Shown here: positions 13,601 to 26,619 of the stretch, in pieces
Position numbering within the stretch: position 1 is the first letter of the stretch
How the letters are laid out: each line of letters opens with the position of its first letter
From: Chiloscyllium plagiosum
Taxonomy: Eukaryota
Reading direction: 5' to 3'
Length of the DNA stretch: 64,000 nt
Assembly (NCBI RefSeq): GCF_004010195.1
Contig: NC_057720.1
Coordinates: 30,255,579 to 30,319,578, forward strand
Program-made: the position numbers and the translations under genes
The notes under the pieces: generated by a model
Databases searched by the model: none
What the model saw: the letters and a program-made list of their open reading frames with translations, nothing else
What the model was told of the DNA's origin: nothing

Positions 13601-13950
13601 GTTTATAAAGTCATAAGGGGCATGGATGGGATAAACAGACAAAGTCTTTTCCTTGGGGTGGAGGAGTCCAGAACTAGAGGGCATAGGTTTAGGGTGAGAG
13701 CGGAAAGGTATAAAAAGGACCTAAGGGGCAAATGTTTCATGCAGAAGGTGATGCGTAAATGGAATGAGCTGCCAGAGGAAGTGGAGGAGGCTAGTACAAT
13801 TGCAACATTTAAAAGGCATCTAGATGGGTATATGAACAGGAAGGTTTGGGGGGGATATGGCAGGTGGGACTAATTGGCTTGGAATATCTGGTTGGCATGG
13901 ACGAGTTGGACCAAAGGGCCTGTTTCCATGCTGTACACCTCTATGACTGA
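10675..13950 (+). mobile_element. CR1 (HER1-like) LINE, 5'-truncated, interrupted by a PLE at 12061-13090
   Basis: [58 protein letters not shown] motifs; 3' tail ...CTGTACACCTCTATGACT. Confidence 0.93.
12061..13090 (-). mobile_element. Penelope-like element (family A), GIY-YIG C-terminal part plus inverted pseudo-LTRs, 16-bp TSD
   Basis: AQHFNTPSHSTKDMQVLGLLHRQTIATRRLEEERLIFRRGTLQPQGMN. 12062-12210 is inverted at ~12910-13054. TSD CAGCACAGAAGGT(T/G)AC at 12045-12060 and 13091-13106. Confidence 0.9.
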
Positions 13951-14704
13951 GTCACCTGTTGGAATGCGGAATGAGGGACTGTAGAAAACAATTCTAGAGT
14001 CCATCTGATGTATTCAAACTCGAAGAATAATTTTGTAGTTGATTCTGTTAGAGGTTGCCCTATTTCCTTTCCATATTTTACAAAAGTACATATTTGTATG
14101 TACTACATTCATATGAATTATACATACAAATGAGGACTATTTGGTTTCTCAAGCCTGTTTCGTCATGTGGTAAGATCGTGGCTGATTTGATTATGGCCTC
14201 TATCTTCCTATCCACTCCATTTAACTTTCTTGTCATGAATGATTTTATCTCCGATTTAAGTTTCCATTGCTGACTTCCCCAGACGTGTGTGAAAACTGCT
14301 GCGCTTGATTAAGACTCAAGTCTGATAAATATGACAGTGTTAACATCGATATTTATATTAATAATTAACCCTCACCCAGTTTAATATTGGCATCAGAAAA
14401 CCTGCAGTACTGCACAATATTTTTTAATAAGTTATTGCTTATGCAAAAGTATCTCATTGGTCATCCATAATTGCCATTTACAGCTTTGCAAAAAATAATT
14501 AGTGAGGTAAAGGATTTCATACTGAACTGCATAGACTTATGGTAAATACAGTGAGCAATAACCAATATTAATGGCCAAAGACTGATTTTATGATTTTTTA
14601 AAATTTGTTTCCTCTTTACAGTACAACCTATGGTTGACTTTGTATTGCCGTCCTCATCAATAATTTAATCAGAAGTTCTTAATCTCATTTTGTTTGTTCT
14701 ACAG

Positions 14705-14868
14705 GTCTGATCATGGGCAGTAACCTCACGAGACACACATTCGGCTTCATTCAGAGCAGACTTTTTCCATACTACTTTCACCTTGGATCTTTCTGTGCCT
14801 TCTTTAATTTAACCATCTTTGCAATGTATCATCCCAGTGAGTTGTTAACTGAAGAGGAGACATTTCAG
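14705..14868 (+). CDS. TMEM205: TMEM205-like protein, coding exon 2
   Basis: Acceptor ctacag, donor CAG|GTAACA. Translates LIMGSNLTRHTFGFIQSRLFPYYFHLGSFCAFFNL..., like the TMEM205 RHTFG..QS.LFP.YFH motif. Phase fits exon 1 (100+164 nt). Confidence 0.9.
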
Positions 14869-15045
14869 GTAACATTCAGTGTTTTTAATTGGACAATGAG
14901 AGCGTGTTGAAGTTAATAGTCATCATTCTGGGTGGGATGTAACCCTTTCATCGCGAATGTTTTTATTTTTTCCAGAAATGGTCTGGATTACGTACAATCT
15001 CTTGTTAACTTTGTCACAGGTTCTGCTGCTTTTGAGCAACAATGC

Positions 15046-15249
15046 TAGAGACAAAAATACTGCAGATGCTGGAATCCAAGGTAGACAAGCTGGAGGCTAG
15101 AAAAACACAGTAAACATCAGGAAGTGGAGAAGCTAAAGTTTCGGGTATAACCCTTTTTCCTCTGCAGTTTTCTTTTGTCAAATACGTTGACTTCTCCACC
15201 TCTTGATCTTGCCTAGCTTGCTGTGTTCTTCCAACCTCCTGCTTGTCTA
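15046..15249. mobile_element. Short fold-back PLE relic, exact 16-bp TSD TTTTGAGCAACAATGC
   Basis: ACTGCAGATGCTGG terminus and inverted arms; TSD at 15030-15045 and 15250-15265. Confidence 0.75.
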
Positions 15250-15964
15250 TTTTGAGCAACAATGCATTGTGCCACAATTGTTTTGCTGTCTTTGAGGCCT
15301 TCCCTGCAGCTGTCACATATTGGGTGCTATCTGGTATCTTGTCATCACATAAAAAAATTAGGAATTATTGAGAACTGCTGAACCCTCAAGAGGATGTTGA
15401 ATAGCAGTCAAATGTGCATCCAGAAATCTGGGAATATCCTCTGAATTAGGATCCATCATTGTATTGCAGGATATTGTGTGATAGTTCATCAAAACACTAT
15501 ATCCTGCTTAGCTGCAGCATCACCTTGGGAGGGCGAGGAGAGGAGGCGCTCACACTGGCGATTGTCAGGCTGTTCCTACAAAATGAGTTAAGTTTTCTAA
15601 TTTGTGCTGAATACAGTAACCTAAATTAAAGAATATAGAGTTGGTTTCTTATCTGATCCCTAATGCCGATGCATGCTCACCCAGCATTCTCTTAGACTAT
15701 TTTAAATTTGTATTAAAATGTCAAAAAGATGGTATAATTTATTCAATTTGCTGTTTTAATTGGATGTCTTACTGGTGTTCTAAATGAAATATATTTTGAG
15801 AGCCTTATGCTAATTCTGGACTATCTTTAGCCCACAGTAGAAATCTGCCTTAAATTTGATCAATATATTGGCAGGTTTGAAGACCCATATATTACACCTG
15901 ATCTATATCATGTAGTCAGTGAATGGTAATTCAAAATGATTACATGCAATTTCTTTTCTTACAG

Positions 15965-16267
15965 ATTATTGTTCTTTTCATCTGTGTGACTGTTGCTGGG
16001 CTCAATGCACAATGGTTTGGTAAGATAACTTCTGAAATAATGGCTGACATGCATCTGATTGAACAGAGCTGTGGACTGGGGAAGGATATTGGATTGTCAA
16101 CCAACAGAGAGGCTTATAACAAGCTGAAGGAGAGTAACCCCAAATACAAGAAGTTTTCACATCAACTAACCCTGTATCACAATACTTCCTCTTTATGCAA
16201 CCTGTGTTGCATCATCTGTAATGGGATAAGTTTGTACTACATGGCAGCCAATTTATCCACATTATGA
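15965..16267 (+). CDS. TMEM205: TMEM205-like protein, last coding exon
   Basis: Acceptor ttacag. Translates IIVLFICVTVAGLNAQWF...DMHLIEQSCGLG...YNKLKESNPKY...YHNTSSLCNLCCIICNG..., ending at TGA. Candidate polyA signal AATAAA at 16895-16900. Confidence 0.9.
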   Translation: MIVLFICVTVAGLNAQWFGKITSEIMADMHLIEQSCGLGKDIGLSTNREAYNKLKESNPKYKKFSHQLTLYHNTSSLCNLCCIICNGISLYYMAANLSTL

Positions 16268-18703
16268 AAGTGTTTTCAGTACAAATATTTTAAAGGCTCA
16301 GTGTTGAATGGTGAAAACTTCATTTACAAATAATGGAAGGCTGAAAAGAAAACTATTTTGTTGTATTGTCTGACGAACATAAATCCAGTATGATCGCTCC
16401 AATAATTATGCATTTTTAAAAGTGTTCATGCTATTATTTGCAATATTTTAGAACAAAAATCAGTGGGAAGTAGAAAATTTTAAATTAGAGGCAACGCTGT
16501 TGAAATTCATTAGCGAAGACAAGTCTAGGGTGATAAACCTGAAACAAAAACTGAAATAGCAGGAGAACCTCAGCAGGTCTGGCAGTATCTATAGAGAGAA
16601 AGCATCAACATTTTTGGGTCTAGTGACCCTTAAACATTGATTCTGCTTTCTCTCCAATCTTTAAGGGCCACTGGACCCAAAATATTGACTCTTTCTCTCC
16701 ATCGATGCTGCCAAACATGCTAAATTTCTCCAGCGATTTCTGGTTTCAATTCCGATTTCCAGCAGTACTTTTTTTTTAGGGTGGGAAATGTTTAATTCTA
16801 TTATAGTTTGACTTACCGTAGTTTACCCTGTGTTATAATGCATATGTGTAAATAAGCTGTCATACTTTTCCACACCCACAAATTGATGGGATTGAATAAA
16901 TTTTAGGAGCTCTGCAATGGGATTTTTGAGTACAGCCAAGGGGAATTTGCCAGTATATATATTAATCTTGTGAATTAATTTTTATATGCTCTTTGTCAAT
17001 GAGAATCCTGCTATTAGATGGACTTGGTTTGTTAGCCTGAAATTGATGTAAGTGAAATTAGAACAGGTTATATATAACCTTTCCAGGAATTTAGAAAACT
17101 AGAAGAGATTTGTGATCCATATGTCTAGTCCCAAAATTCAAAACCGTGCCCCACACTAGCCCAACTCTTAATTCTTTTATCCAACAAATTTTAATGTAGA
17201 TCATACCAATTTGATGACAGTACATAACTCTTTAGGGCAGTCGTGTGTATGTATAATTTTGTATAAGATGTAGATTGAATGTATTGTATCAAAAACACTA
17301 ATGATTTTCCAATGTTGATAAAGAATATTTTGTCACCCTTTCCATTATTGCACTTCTCTAGTTTGTTTTTCATGTACTTTTGATGGCTCATGGTTTTTAT
17401 ATTAATTTTGTTCTTTCTGAAGGTATCACTGGCAAGGCCAGAATTAGTTGCCCATTCTTCATTGTCCTTGCATTGAGTGGCTTGCTCTGCCATTTCAGGG
17501 AATGTAATGCCTGCATTTCTCACCAGAGGGCAACTAAAAATCCTACACAGTACTGTAGGTCTGAAGTCACATGTAGGTCAGACAAAATAAGAATAGCTAA
17601 TTTCCTTTGAGTTAACAGTGCTGTATTATTGTCAAATGTTCCTGGGACATACTCTAAATTTTACTATCAACTGTGTTGGAATTCAAATTTTTTTTTTAAA
17701 GTCTGGGTTAGAGAACTAGCCAAATGGTGACATATAACAGCTGTCGATCACTGTAAAAACCCATCTGGTTCATGTTGCCCTTTTTAGGGAAGGATATCAA
17801 CCAGTTACCTGATGTGAAGTTAGTTGAACTTTGGTGGGGAAACCTCTACTATTTCTGTCACAATCAATTATGTCTAATCCCATGGAAAAAGATGGATTGA
17901 TTAGGAATTGGATTTCTAAAGGGGAAGTCATGTTTAACTAATCTGCTGGAATGTTTAGAAGACGTTACAGCAAGGCTGAATGAGTAATGCTGTTGATATG
18001 TTGTACGTGGATGACCAGGTGTTTACAACTGTGTGACACTATTAATGTGAATATAAAATTGGTTGAGTGATAGGAAATGGGGTAACAGTAAATGGATAAT
18101 TTCTGAGCTGGCGGAAAATTTATCGTGGCTTTTCTCAGAATATGAGCATTTTGCACTTATATTCTACCCTTCAAGCTGTCACATTTTGACTTTGGTGGCA
18201 AAACTATTTTTCAATCTCCCTTCTTACAACCTCACAACAGCAGCCCCTGAGTCCCCTACACTCTATGCTCTTTGCAATCTTGCTGCCATTGCTGTCAAGT
18301 TCCACACAGGTCCACCACCATTCTGTCTGTTTCTGTGACCTCTTTGTTCTCACTGCAATTGGCTTAATAAACTGGAGTGAAAACAATTGTTTGGAATCTT
18401 CAGCTTGAGAATAAAATGTAGAAGGCAATCCTAAGCAGCACCCAGGGAGTATGTATTGTCTGGAGAGCACTCATTCAATGATAATGATGAGATGTGATCA
18501 GATCATTTGTTCTCACATTTGTGTATGGTTTTCAAATATGGTATTATTGTCCATGTTTTTCTAAAACTATTTACTGTTGATCACACACCCACATTCATTG
18601 AGATAACACAATTTACTAGAATAAGTTTTGAACAGTCATATAGGATTAGAAATGATAACTACTTTATCCACAATTGCTGCCAAATCTCCAGCTCTGTATT
18701 ATC

Positions 18704-18803
18704 TTAACTGACTTGGAGCTTCTTTCCTGATAGAAACTCTTTGGAGAATGATGAATCTCTTACTAGAATTATGATTCTCGGATTTCCAGCCTTCACAACA
18801 TAC
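18704..18803 (-). CDS. TTC4: TTC4 exon 10 (last coding exon)
   Basis: YVVKAGNPRIIILVRDSSFSKEFLSGKKLQVS*; acceptor tctag. The joined CDS is 1176 nt and open throughout. Confidence 0.88.
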
Positions 18804-21800
18804 CTAGATACAAGGATTCAAAGAAGTATGAATTAATATCAAACAACATCCACTTTTATGGAATAAAAAGAACAATGATCTAAATGAGGAGTGGGACCAG
18901 TCATATGGGGGGACACAAACATCCACGTCCTGGCCAACCAACTAAGAAGCACTGTCCAATGCTGCTCTACTTTCCCATTATCCACAATGTGAATGAATTC
19001 TTAACATGCCAGAATTTGTTCACAAAGGATTCTCTTGTCTCCTGTAGTACCAGTGGCATTAGTCTGTTCTCTGCAGTCAAGAGGATGGCAACTGCAATGT
19101 ATGTCCTCTTCTATCAACTGAGGAAGAGAGCACAGATCCCTCAGAGGATGTCCAGCAAGACTGGCCCTGCACCCACCACTAGGTCTGATATTGAACCCCT
19201 CAGTGGTACCCAGTGAAATTTAGGGTTGGGAGCACTGGCTGATGAGCATTTCAGTGCCACATCCCTGTAAACTGCCAAGGAAGAAATGTCCCAGCTTGTT
19301 GGGACTCAGGGGGACTGCTGGAGACCAGGAACCTGCAAAGCAGAAGAGGACCCTATGGTGTTGGCTACTAACAATTTCATTGAAATGCACAAGCAAACAC
19401 AGGAACAGCAGGCAGGTTTGCCAGGGGCACACGGTAACCTAACACAGATTTTATAGGACTGCAGCAAAACCGTTGCCACACTGCTGCCTCCATGGGCAGC
19501 TGCTATGCAGAGCGAGATCTAGCAGTCTGAGGATGCTGGACAGTCTCACAGGCCTGCACTCTATCACTCCATCCATTTGTACGCAGTAGCAATGGTATGG
19601 TCACAGGGCAGCAAGGTGACTGAGTACACCCCAGGTGTTGCTTTCTCTCAAAGGGACATGGTGATGCTAGCCAGAGGAGGGCCCACACAGGACTCCCCTC
19701 AGGACACTCCAGACAGAGCTTGGCCTTCTACCCTCATATTGCCTGGCACCCTCAGAACTCCAGGCATTTAAGCTGGGGAGGGTGGCCTTGCTTGTGAGGG
19801 GTGGGGAGTGGGGGGCACTCAGCATGGCAGGATTCTCTAACACAACACCAAACCACCAAGGCTGGTGGGCTCCAATGTGGGCAGGCTCCCTCCACCCCAG
19901 TTGTGGAACCCAGGACTGCACTGAACTGTCATGCAAAGAAGGAAGATGACCTTCTGCTGGTGACACTTCACTGAAAATACATCACATTTGTGAATGCATA
20001 TGCAAATGTCTGTCTGGTTGGAACTTCAGCATTGAAGGTACAGAACTTTAGAGGTACACGCCTTCAATGTGTGAAGTGAGTAGCTTCTGAGAACTGGCAA
20101 ATGCTTGTTAATTTGGCAAATGGCATTAAGGTTTTCAGCCCACAAAACAAGGTTAGTGCATCATAGCCGTTACCTGGTCAAGAATGCTTGGAGAAGAATT
20201 TGGACTAAACATAGATTAATGTCTAAGGTTCACATAGACCTGTGTGAGCACTGTGTGCTGTCTGCTTTAGTGGATTGTGAAGCAAAACACTTAACTTAGC
20301 TGAAAGTGGTGACAGCCACTTTCAGCTCCACTTGCCACACTTAAGATCTATTGCCTATTGGAAGTTGCTCTTCACACAGAAGGGTACAGCACTGATACAG
20401 GCTCTTTGACCCACCGTGTCTGTGATGACCATGATGCCATTCTAAACAGTGAGTCTCAAGCTCGGCTTCCTATCCTTGGTGAATCCTCAAGTGTCAATTC
20501 CTTTTTTGGTGCCTCTACCCATCAATCCTACAGGTTTTGAACATCCCTAGGTCCCCACCCAACCAGTCCATCTTAATCTTCATCTCTTCATTTTACATCC
20601 TCAGTTCCAGTAACCATGCCAGAAATAGGAGTGCATGCTACCCCCGCCTGATAGAAGTCAGGCTTCTGCTGACTGTCAATTACCAACACCCTCCCTCCCT
20701 CCCTCCAACATCTACTCTCTGCATGTTGCCACCAATTACCAGTCAAACTAAGTTCCGTAGCTTCAATCTCATAACATTGGCCTCCAAGAATATCTCTTCG
20801 CATTCCACCGGCTTTTAATGAACAGACCTCCCAGGACTTGACAGTGACTCACCCAGTTTAGAGACTTCGATGGACAGCTCCAAATGATGAGTGACTAGAT
20901 CTCTAACTGATATGTACAGCTCCCTACCTGTTGTCCTGTGACTCCCTGGCCTGGGTGCACTGGGCCCATAAGGTTGACCATTACTTACTCCCAGACCGGA
21001 TCCCCTGACCGTGATTACCCTGAACAGCTGAGTACTATGTCCAAGACCCTGGACTGATATCGGAGGCTGCTGCTGATTTATTGCATCAGGAACCCATTTC
21101 CCTTGCCTTGACTGAGGACTACTCCCATTTGACTTGGAGTCATGGCTGAAGGAAGCCATGCAGTCTAGCACATTGTGCAGGAGGAAGACTGACATTATCT
21201 GGAGGAACAAGCATCAAGCACAAGTGGCCTGGTTACTGCTCTGACTTCCATGGGTTTTGTAATCACTTGTGGGATGGCCAACATTTACTGCCCATCCCTA
21301 GTTGCTCGAGAAGGTGGCAATGAGTTGCCTTCACAAACTGCTACAGTCCACATGCTGTAGGTTGACCCCTAATGCTGATGGGGAGGGAATTCCAGGATTT
21401 TGACCCAGCAACAGTGAAGGAACGGTGATATATTTCCAAGCCAGGATGGCGAGTGGCTCAGAGGAACTTGCTGGTGATGGTGTTCCAATGTAACTGTTGT
21501 CCTTGTCCTTCTAGATGGAAGTGGTTGTGGGTTTGCCTGGGGATCTCTGGTGAATTTCTGCATTGTATCTTGTAGATGGTACATGTTGGTGCTACTTTTG
21601 GATGGATTGCCAATCAAGCATGCTGCATTATCCTGGATGGAGTCAAGCTTCTGGAGTAATGGGGAGTACTCCATTAAACTCTTGACTTGTGCCTTGGAGA
21701 TGATGGACAATCTTTGGAGAGTTAGGAGATGAATTGCTCACTGCAGTTGGGAAGTCTTACCTCTGAGTGCTAACCAGTGGTAGCAGAATGGGAAACTGCA

Positions 21801-22712
21801 TAGTAATAAGGGAAGACCAAGTAATAATGAAGGATTTTGATGAATGCTACAGTGCCTCTCTCAACTCTGTAGTGAGAATCTCATCTTGCCATTCAATACA
21901 GGGTTGGAAAATGAGACTTTTTGGTCTCAACGTTAAGAAGCTACTTGCTCTCACCTGATCTTCCTAATTTTCTCACATAGGGCAGAACCTTCCCAGCCTC
22001 AGAACAATGTGTTGGCATTCACACTGTGCTACATTTTCAGTCTAAAATGAATTGATGTGTAGGCCAGGCAGGGGTTGGTGAAGGAAGAAATATGAAGTGA
22101 TACTGTCCAAATCCACTTCACCCGAGTGCTCAGACCGGAAGTTGTTTAAGGTTAATTTGTCTAAGAGATTAAAAAACCAATGCTGTAACTGGCTATCCTT
22201 CCCAGCCTGCAATGGTTTTTTTAAAAATAATGATAGCTTTTTATGGGACATGCAAAGGTGGTCCTGCGGCACTGTGGGTGACATCACTGTTTCTGAACCA
22301 GAAGTTCTGGGTTCATGTACTCCTCCAGCTCTAGAAGACCAAGGAAGATATATACAGTCATAGCATGGCCAAATAGATCGAGTAACAACTTGCAAATCCT
22401 CCAAATTATGTGAATGGCATACAGTAACAATAAGTGAGATTTCTGGTTAGTTCATGATACAGTAAGAACATCGGAAGCTCAAACATCACTATTAATTGCT
22501 TTCGGCTGCAACATACACATAAAAGTGAATGGTGCCACAGCAAAGCACAATCTGAGTGAATTGTAACATTCACAAAAAGTTTGTCTTTTTTAGAATGTCC
22601 AAACAAATGGCTTTAAAGATGGTACAATCCATTTTATATAAAAATATGTAGTTCTCCACCTAGCTAAGTGAAAGGAACAGCAGGAATTGAATTCAAAAGC
22701 CATTCTGCTCAC

Positions 22713-22795
22713 CTATCATGACTCAGAATCTGGCGCAGAGTGCACATTGGATCTACCAGGAACAGATCCTCTCTTTGCTCACCTTCAAAATATAG
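22713..22795 (-). CDS. TTC4: TTC4 exon 9 (83 nt)
   Basis: LYFEGEQREDLFLVDPMCTLRQILSHD(R); canonical AG/GT. Confidence 0.9.
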
Positions 22796-24289
22796 CTGTA
22801 GGCACAAGAGAGCAAATTTATTAACAGAAAGTATCTTTCTATTTATGTTTTAAATACTTACCAAAAATATTTGAGTTTGTTTGCTCTTGATTACTACAAC
22901 AGAGAATAGTAAGATTCTAAAACAGAAAAACCAAGTATTCCTTTCTCCATCTTATTATCGTCTCTCCTTCAAAGACCTGCACTTCAAGATAAATGGATTT
23001 TTGTGTAATAATGAAGTAGTGTAAGAATCAATATCACTTCTAGAATGTATTTCAGGATATTATAATCCAGAGTATTGAAATCAATTTAAATTGTTCAGTA
23101 AGTTGTGGTTAAAACCTCCCAAATGGAAATAAAAATTCAAGGCTAAAGATTTTCCTGTTTTAAAATGCAGTTGTAAGCTGTGTTGTACCTAGTTTGCATC
23201 ACATTTACAAGTCTGTTTGACAAGCAGTGGGGTAACATATTTATGCAAACTAACTAGTCACAACTTTAATACTTAGTCTGCAATGCCCTGATGTGCTCTT
23301 TTACAGCATTATGTCAGATGTAATAAGAATGCTTTGCTTCAAAATCTCACATTTCATCAAATTTTACATGCATCAGTCTGGACTCATCACACCAACCAGA
23401 CCAGAACAATGGTTGCATGCAGCAAACACTTAGAAGAGCAAATGCTTCCTTGCACCAAAAAAAATCAACTGTCTCCTGCATCCAATGTCTCTTTAAGTTC
23501 TCCAATGTTTCACACACAGCCATCTGCAAAAACTTCTGAAGTCACTGCCATGCACAAGCCTCGGAGGCTAAGGCAGCCAGAGGGAATGCTGCCTGTATAT
23601 CTTACAAACTCCATTTTAGAGACTCGGTGTTGAAGAAGTATGGCTGATTCATGCAAGTGATTGTACGTTTTTGGGACATGGGTGTTGTTGGCTCTGCCAG
23701 CATTTATTGCTTGTCCCTGGTTGCCCTTGAGAAGGTGGTCATGATATGCCTCCTGAACTACTGCAGGTAAACCCACAATGCCACGAGGGAGCTAATTTCA
23801 GAGTTTTGTCCCAAAGACATTGAAGGAACGGCAATATATTTTCAAGTCAGAATGGTGACTGGTTTGGAGGGGAACTTGCATAAATATGTCCTTCTAGAAC
23901 GTAGTGGTTATGGGTTCCACAAATTTGTGAATAACTTTGTTACCCTCAACCCAACTCTATCAGTTTTGTACTTTTAAAACTATCATCTTCAAACAGAGGT
24001 ACTACGACAAATAATGGCTGTCAGACCGAAACATATCACTTTAAAATTACCAGTGCTGAAGGCGAGTTCACCAGGAATAAATGTTTCTGCTCTACTAAAA
24101 AAATGAAGGGAAATTAGGTGTTGATTTGTTTTCTGAGTTATTTCGCAAAGGGCATCAAAATGAATGAAAACTAATTTTGTGAGAGCTTGCTAACATGGAA
24201 CTAACAGTTCCATCCAAGTTGGAGACAGTTTCCTCCACTTCCTCATTTTTCATTCAGGATAACATTCTTAAATCCAGTTCAAATAATAC

Positions 24290-24374
24290 CTCTAAATTAT
24301 TTGGCTTATATTTTTTTTCATTATCCCAAGGGGGGACGTTCTCACCAAACATCACAGATAAATGGTCCATAAAC
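24290..24374 (-). CDS. TTC4: TTC4 exon 8 (85 nt)
   Basis: (R)FMDHLSVMFGENVPPWDNEKKYKPNNLE; canonical AG/GT. Confidence 0.92.
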
Positions 24375-24564
24375 CTGAAAAGAGAACAGAGCCAAAATTA
24401 ATCTCTAGAAGGCAAAAATCTTTTTTCCCTGCTTGGCAGAAAACAAAACTCACATCCATAATTCAATATTATAAAGATCATATCTTTTTTATTTTGCTTT
24501 AATCTTGATTGTGGATTGAACTGGGAAGAGGAGGAGAAAGTGATATTCCTGATGAAGGGCTTAT

Positions 24565-26402
24565 AGAACAAAGAAGAAAAAGAAACTTTACAGCCCAGGA
24601 ACAGGCCCTTTGGCCCTCCAAGCCTGAGCCAATCCAAATCCACTGTCCAAACCTGTCGCCCAATTCCTAAGCATCAGTATCGCTCTCCTCCCCACCTACT
24701 CATCCATCTGTCCAGACGCATCTTAAATGAATCTAGCGTGCCTGCTTCTATTACCTCTGCTGGCAACGCGTTCCAGGCACCTACCAGCCTCTGTGTAAAG
24801 TACTTGCCGCATGTATCCCCCTTAAATTTTTCACCTCTCACCTTGAAAGCATGACCCCTCATTATTGAATCCTTCACCCTGGGAAAATGCCTATCTCTAT
24901 CTATCCTGTCTATACGGTTCATGATTTTGTAAACCTCAATCAGGTCCCCCCTCAATCTTCCTTTTTACTAATGAAAACATTTCTAACCTACTCAACCTCT
25001 CTTCATAGGTAGCATCTTCCATACCAGGCAACATCCTCATAAACCTTCTCTCCAAAGCGTTCACATCCTTTTGGTAATGTGGCGACCAGAACTGTACACA
25101 GTATTCTAAATGCAGCCAGACCAACGTCTTCTACAATTTTAACATGACCTGCCAGTTCTTATAACTCAATACCCCTTCCGATGAAGGCAAGCATACCATA
25201 TGCCTTCTTGACCACTCTATCCATCTGTGCAGCAACCTTCAGATCTCTCTGCTCAACTTTTCCCAAGGCTCTTCCGTTTACTATATAATTCGCTCTAGAC
25301 TTCCCAAAATGCATGACCTCACATTTGCCTGGATTGAACTCCATCTGCCACTTCTCTGCCCAACTCTCCAGTCTATCTATATTCTCCTGTATTCTTTGAT
25401 AGTCTCCTACTCTTTCTGCTACTCCACCAATCTTTCTGTCATCTGCAAACTTGCTGATCATACCAACAGTGGCCTCTTCCAGATCATTTATGTAGATCAC
25501 AAACAACAGTGGCCCCAGCAATGACCCCTGTTGAACTCCCCTGGTCACCTTTCTCCATTTCGCAAAACTCCCTTCAACTACTACTCTCTGTCTCCTGTTG
25601 CTCAACCAATTTTTTATCCACCTAGCTAGAACACCCTGCACACCATGTGACTTCACTTTCTCCATTAGTTTACCTTATCAAACGCCTTACTAAAGTCCAT
25701 GTATTTGACATCAACAGCCCTTCCTTCATCTATCAACGTGGTCATTTCCTCAAAGAACTCTATTAAGTTGGTAAGACACGATCTCCCCTGCACAAAACCA
25801 TGTTGCCTATCACCTTAATAACCTCTAGCTTACCCAACACACCTTCCCTACTTCTGTCAACGTGATCCAGAGTAATCCAACTTCCTTCTCTAATCTCAAC
25901 ATTCATCATGTCCCTCTCCTCAATGAACACTGATGCAAAGTAATCATTCAGAATCTCACCCATTTTCTCAGGTTTGACACATAGCCTTTCTTCCTTATCC
26001 TTTAGTGGACCAATCCTTTCTCTAGTTACCCGCTTGCTTCTTATATAAGAATAAAAGGCTTTGGGATTCTCCTTAATTCTGCTTGCCAAAGTGATTTCAT
26101 GACTCCTTTTAGCCTGCTTGATTCATTGTTTAAGATTGGCCCTACTCTCCAGATATTCCTCCAGGGCCCGTTCTGTTCTTTGCTGCCTGGACCTTATGTA
26201 TGCTTCCCTTTTCCTCTTGGCTAGTCGTACGATTTCTCCTGTCATCCACAGTTCACGAATCTTGCCTTTCCTGTCGTTTGCTTTCAACGGGAAATGCCTA
26301 TCCTGCACTATCTTTGAAAGCCTCCCAGATATCAAATGTGACTTCCATTCAAATAGCTGCGTCCAATCCACGTTTCCCAGATCCTGCCTAATTTTGATAT
26401 AA
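24565..26402 (-). mobile_element. CR1 LINE fragment inserted inside a short PLE relic (24533-26482)
   Basis: [52 protein letters not shown] on the minus strand; TTAT duplicated at both ends. Confidence 0.92.
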
Positions 26403-26619
26403 TTATGCCCGAAATGTCAATTCACCTGCTCCTCTGATGCTGCCTGATCTGCTGTACTTTTCCAGCACCACACTTTAGACTCTGAACTGGGAAAAGGACG
26501 GTTTTTAAAAGAAAGACCAAGGAAGGAATTGTTGTATTTTTAATTATCAAGTTACTGAAACTCATTGTAAGTTGTGCTTACATTCTTGCTTTGCAAGCAG
26601 CGGGGGAAGGAGTAAAAGT

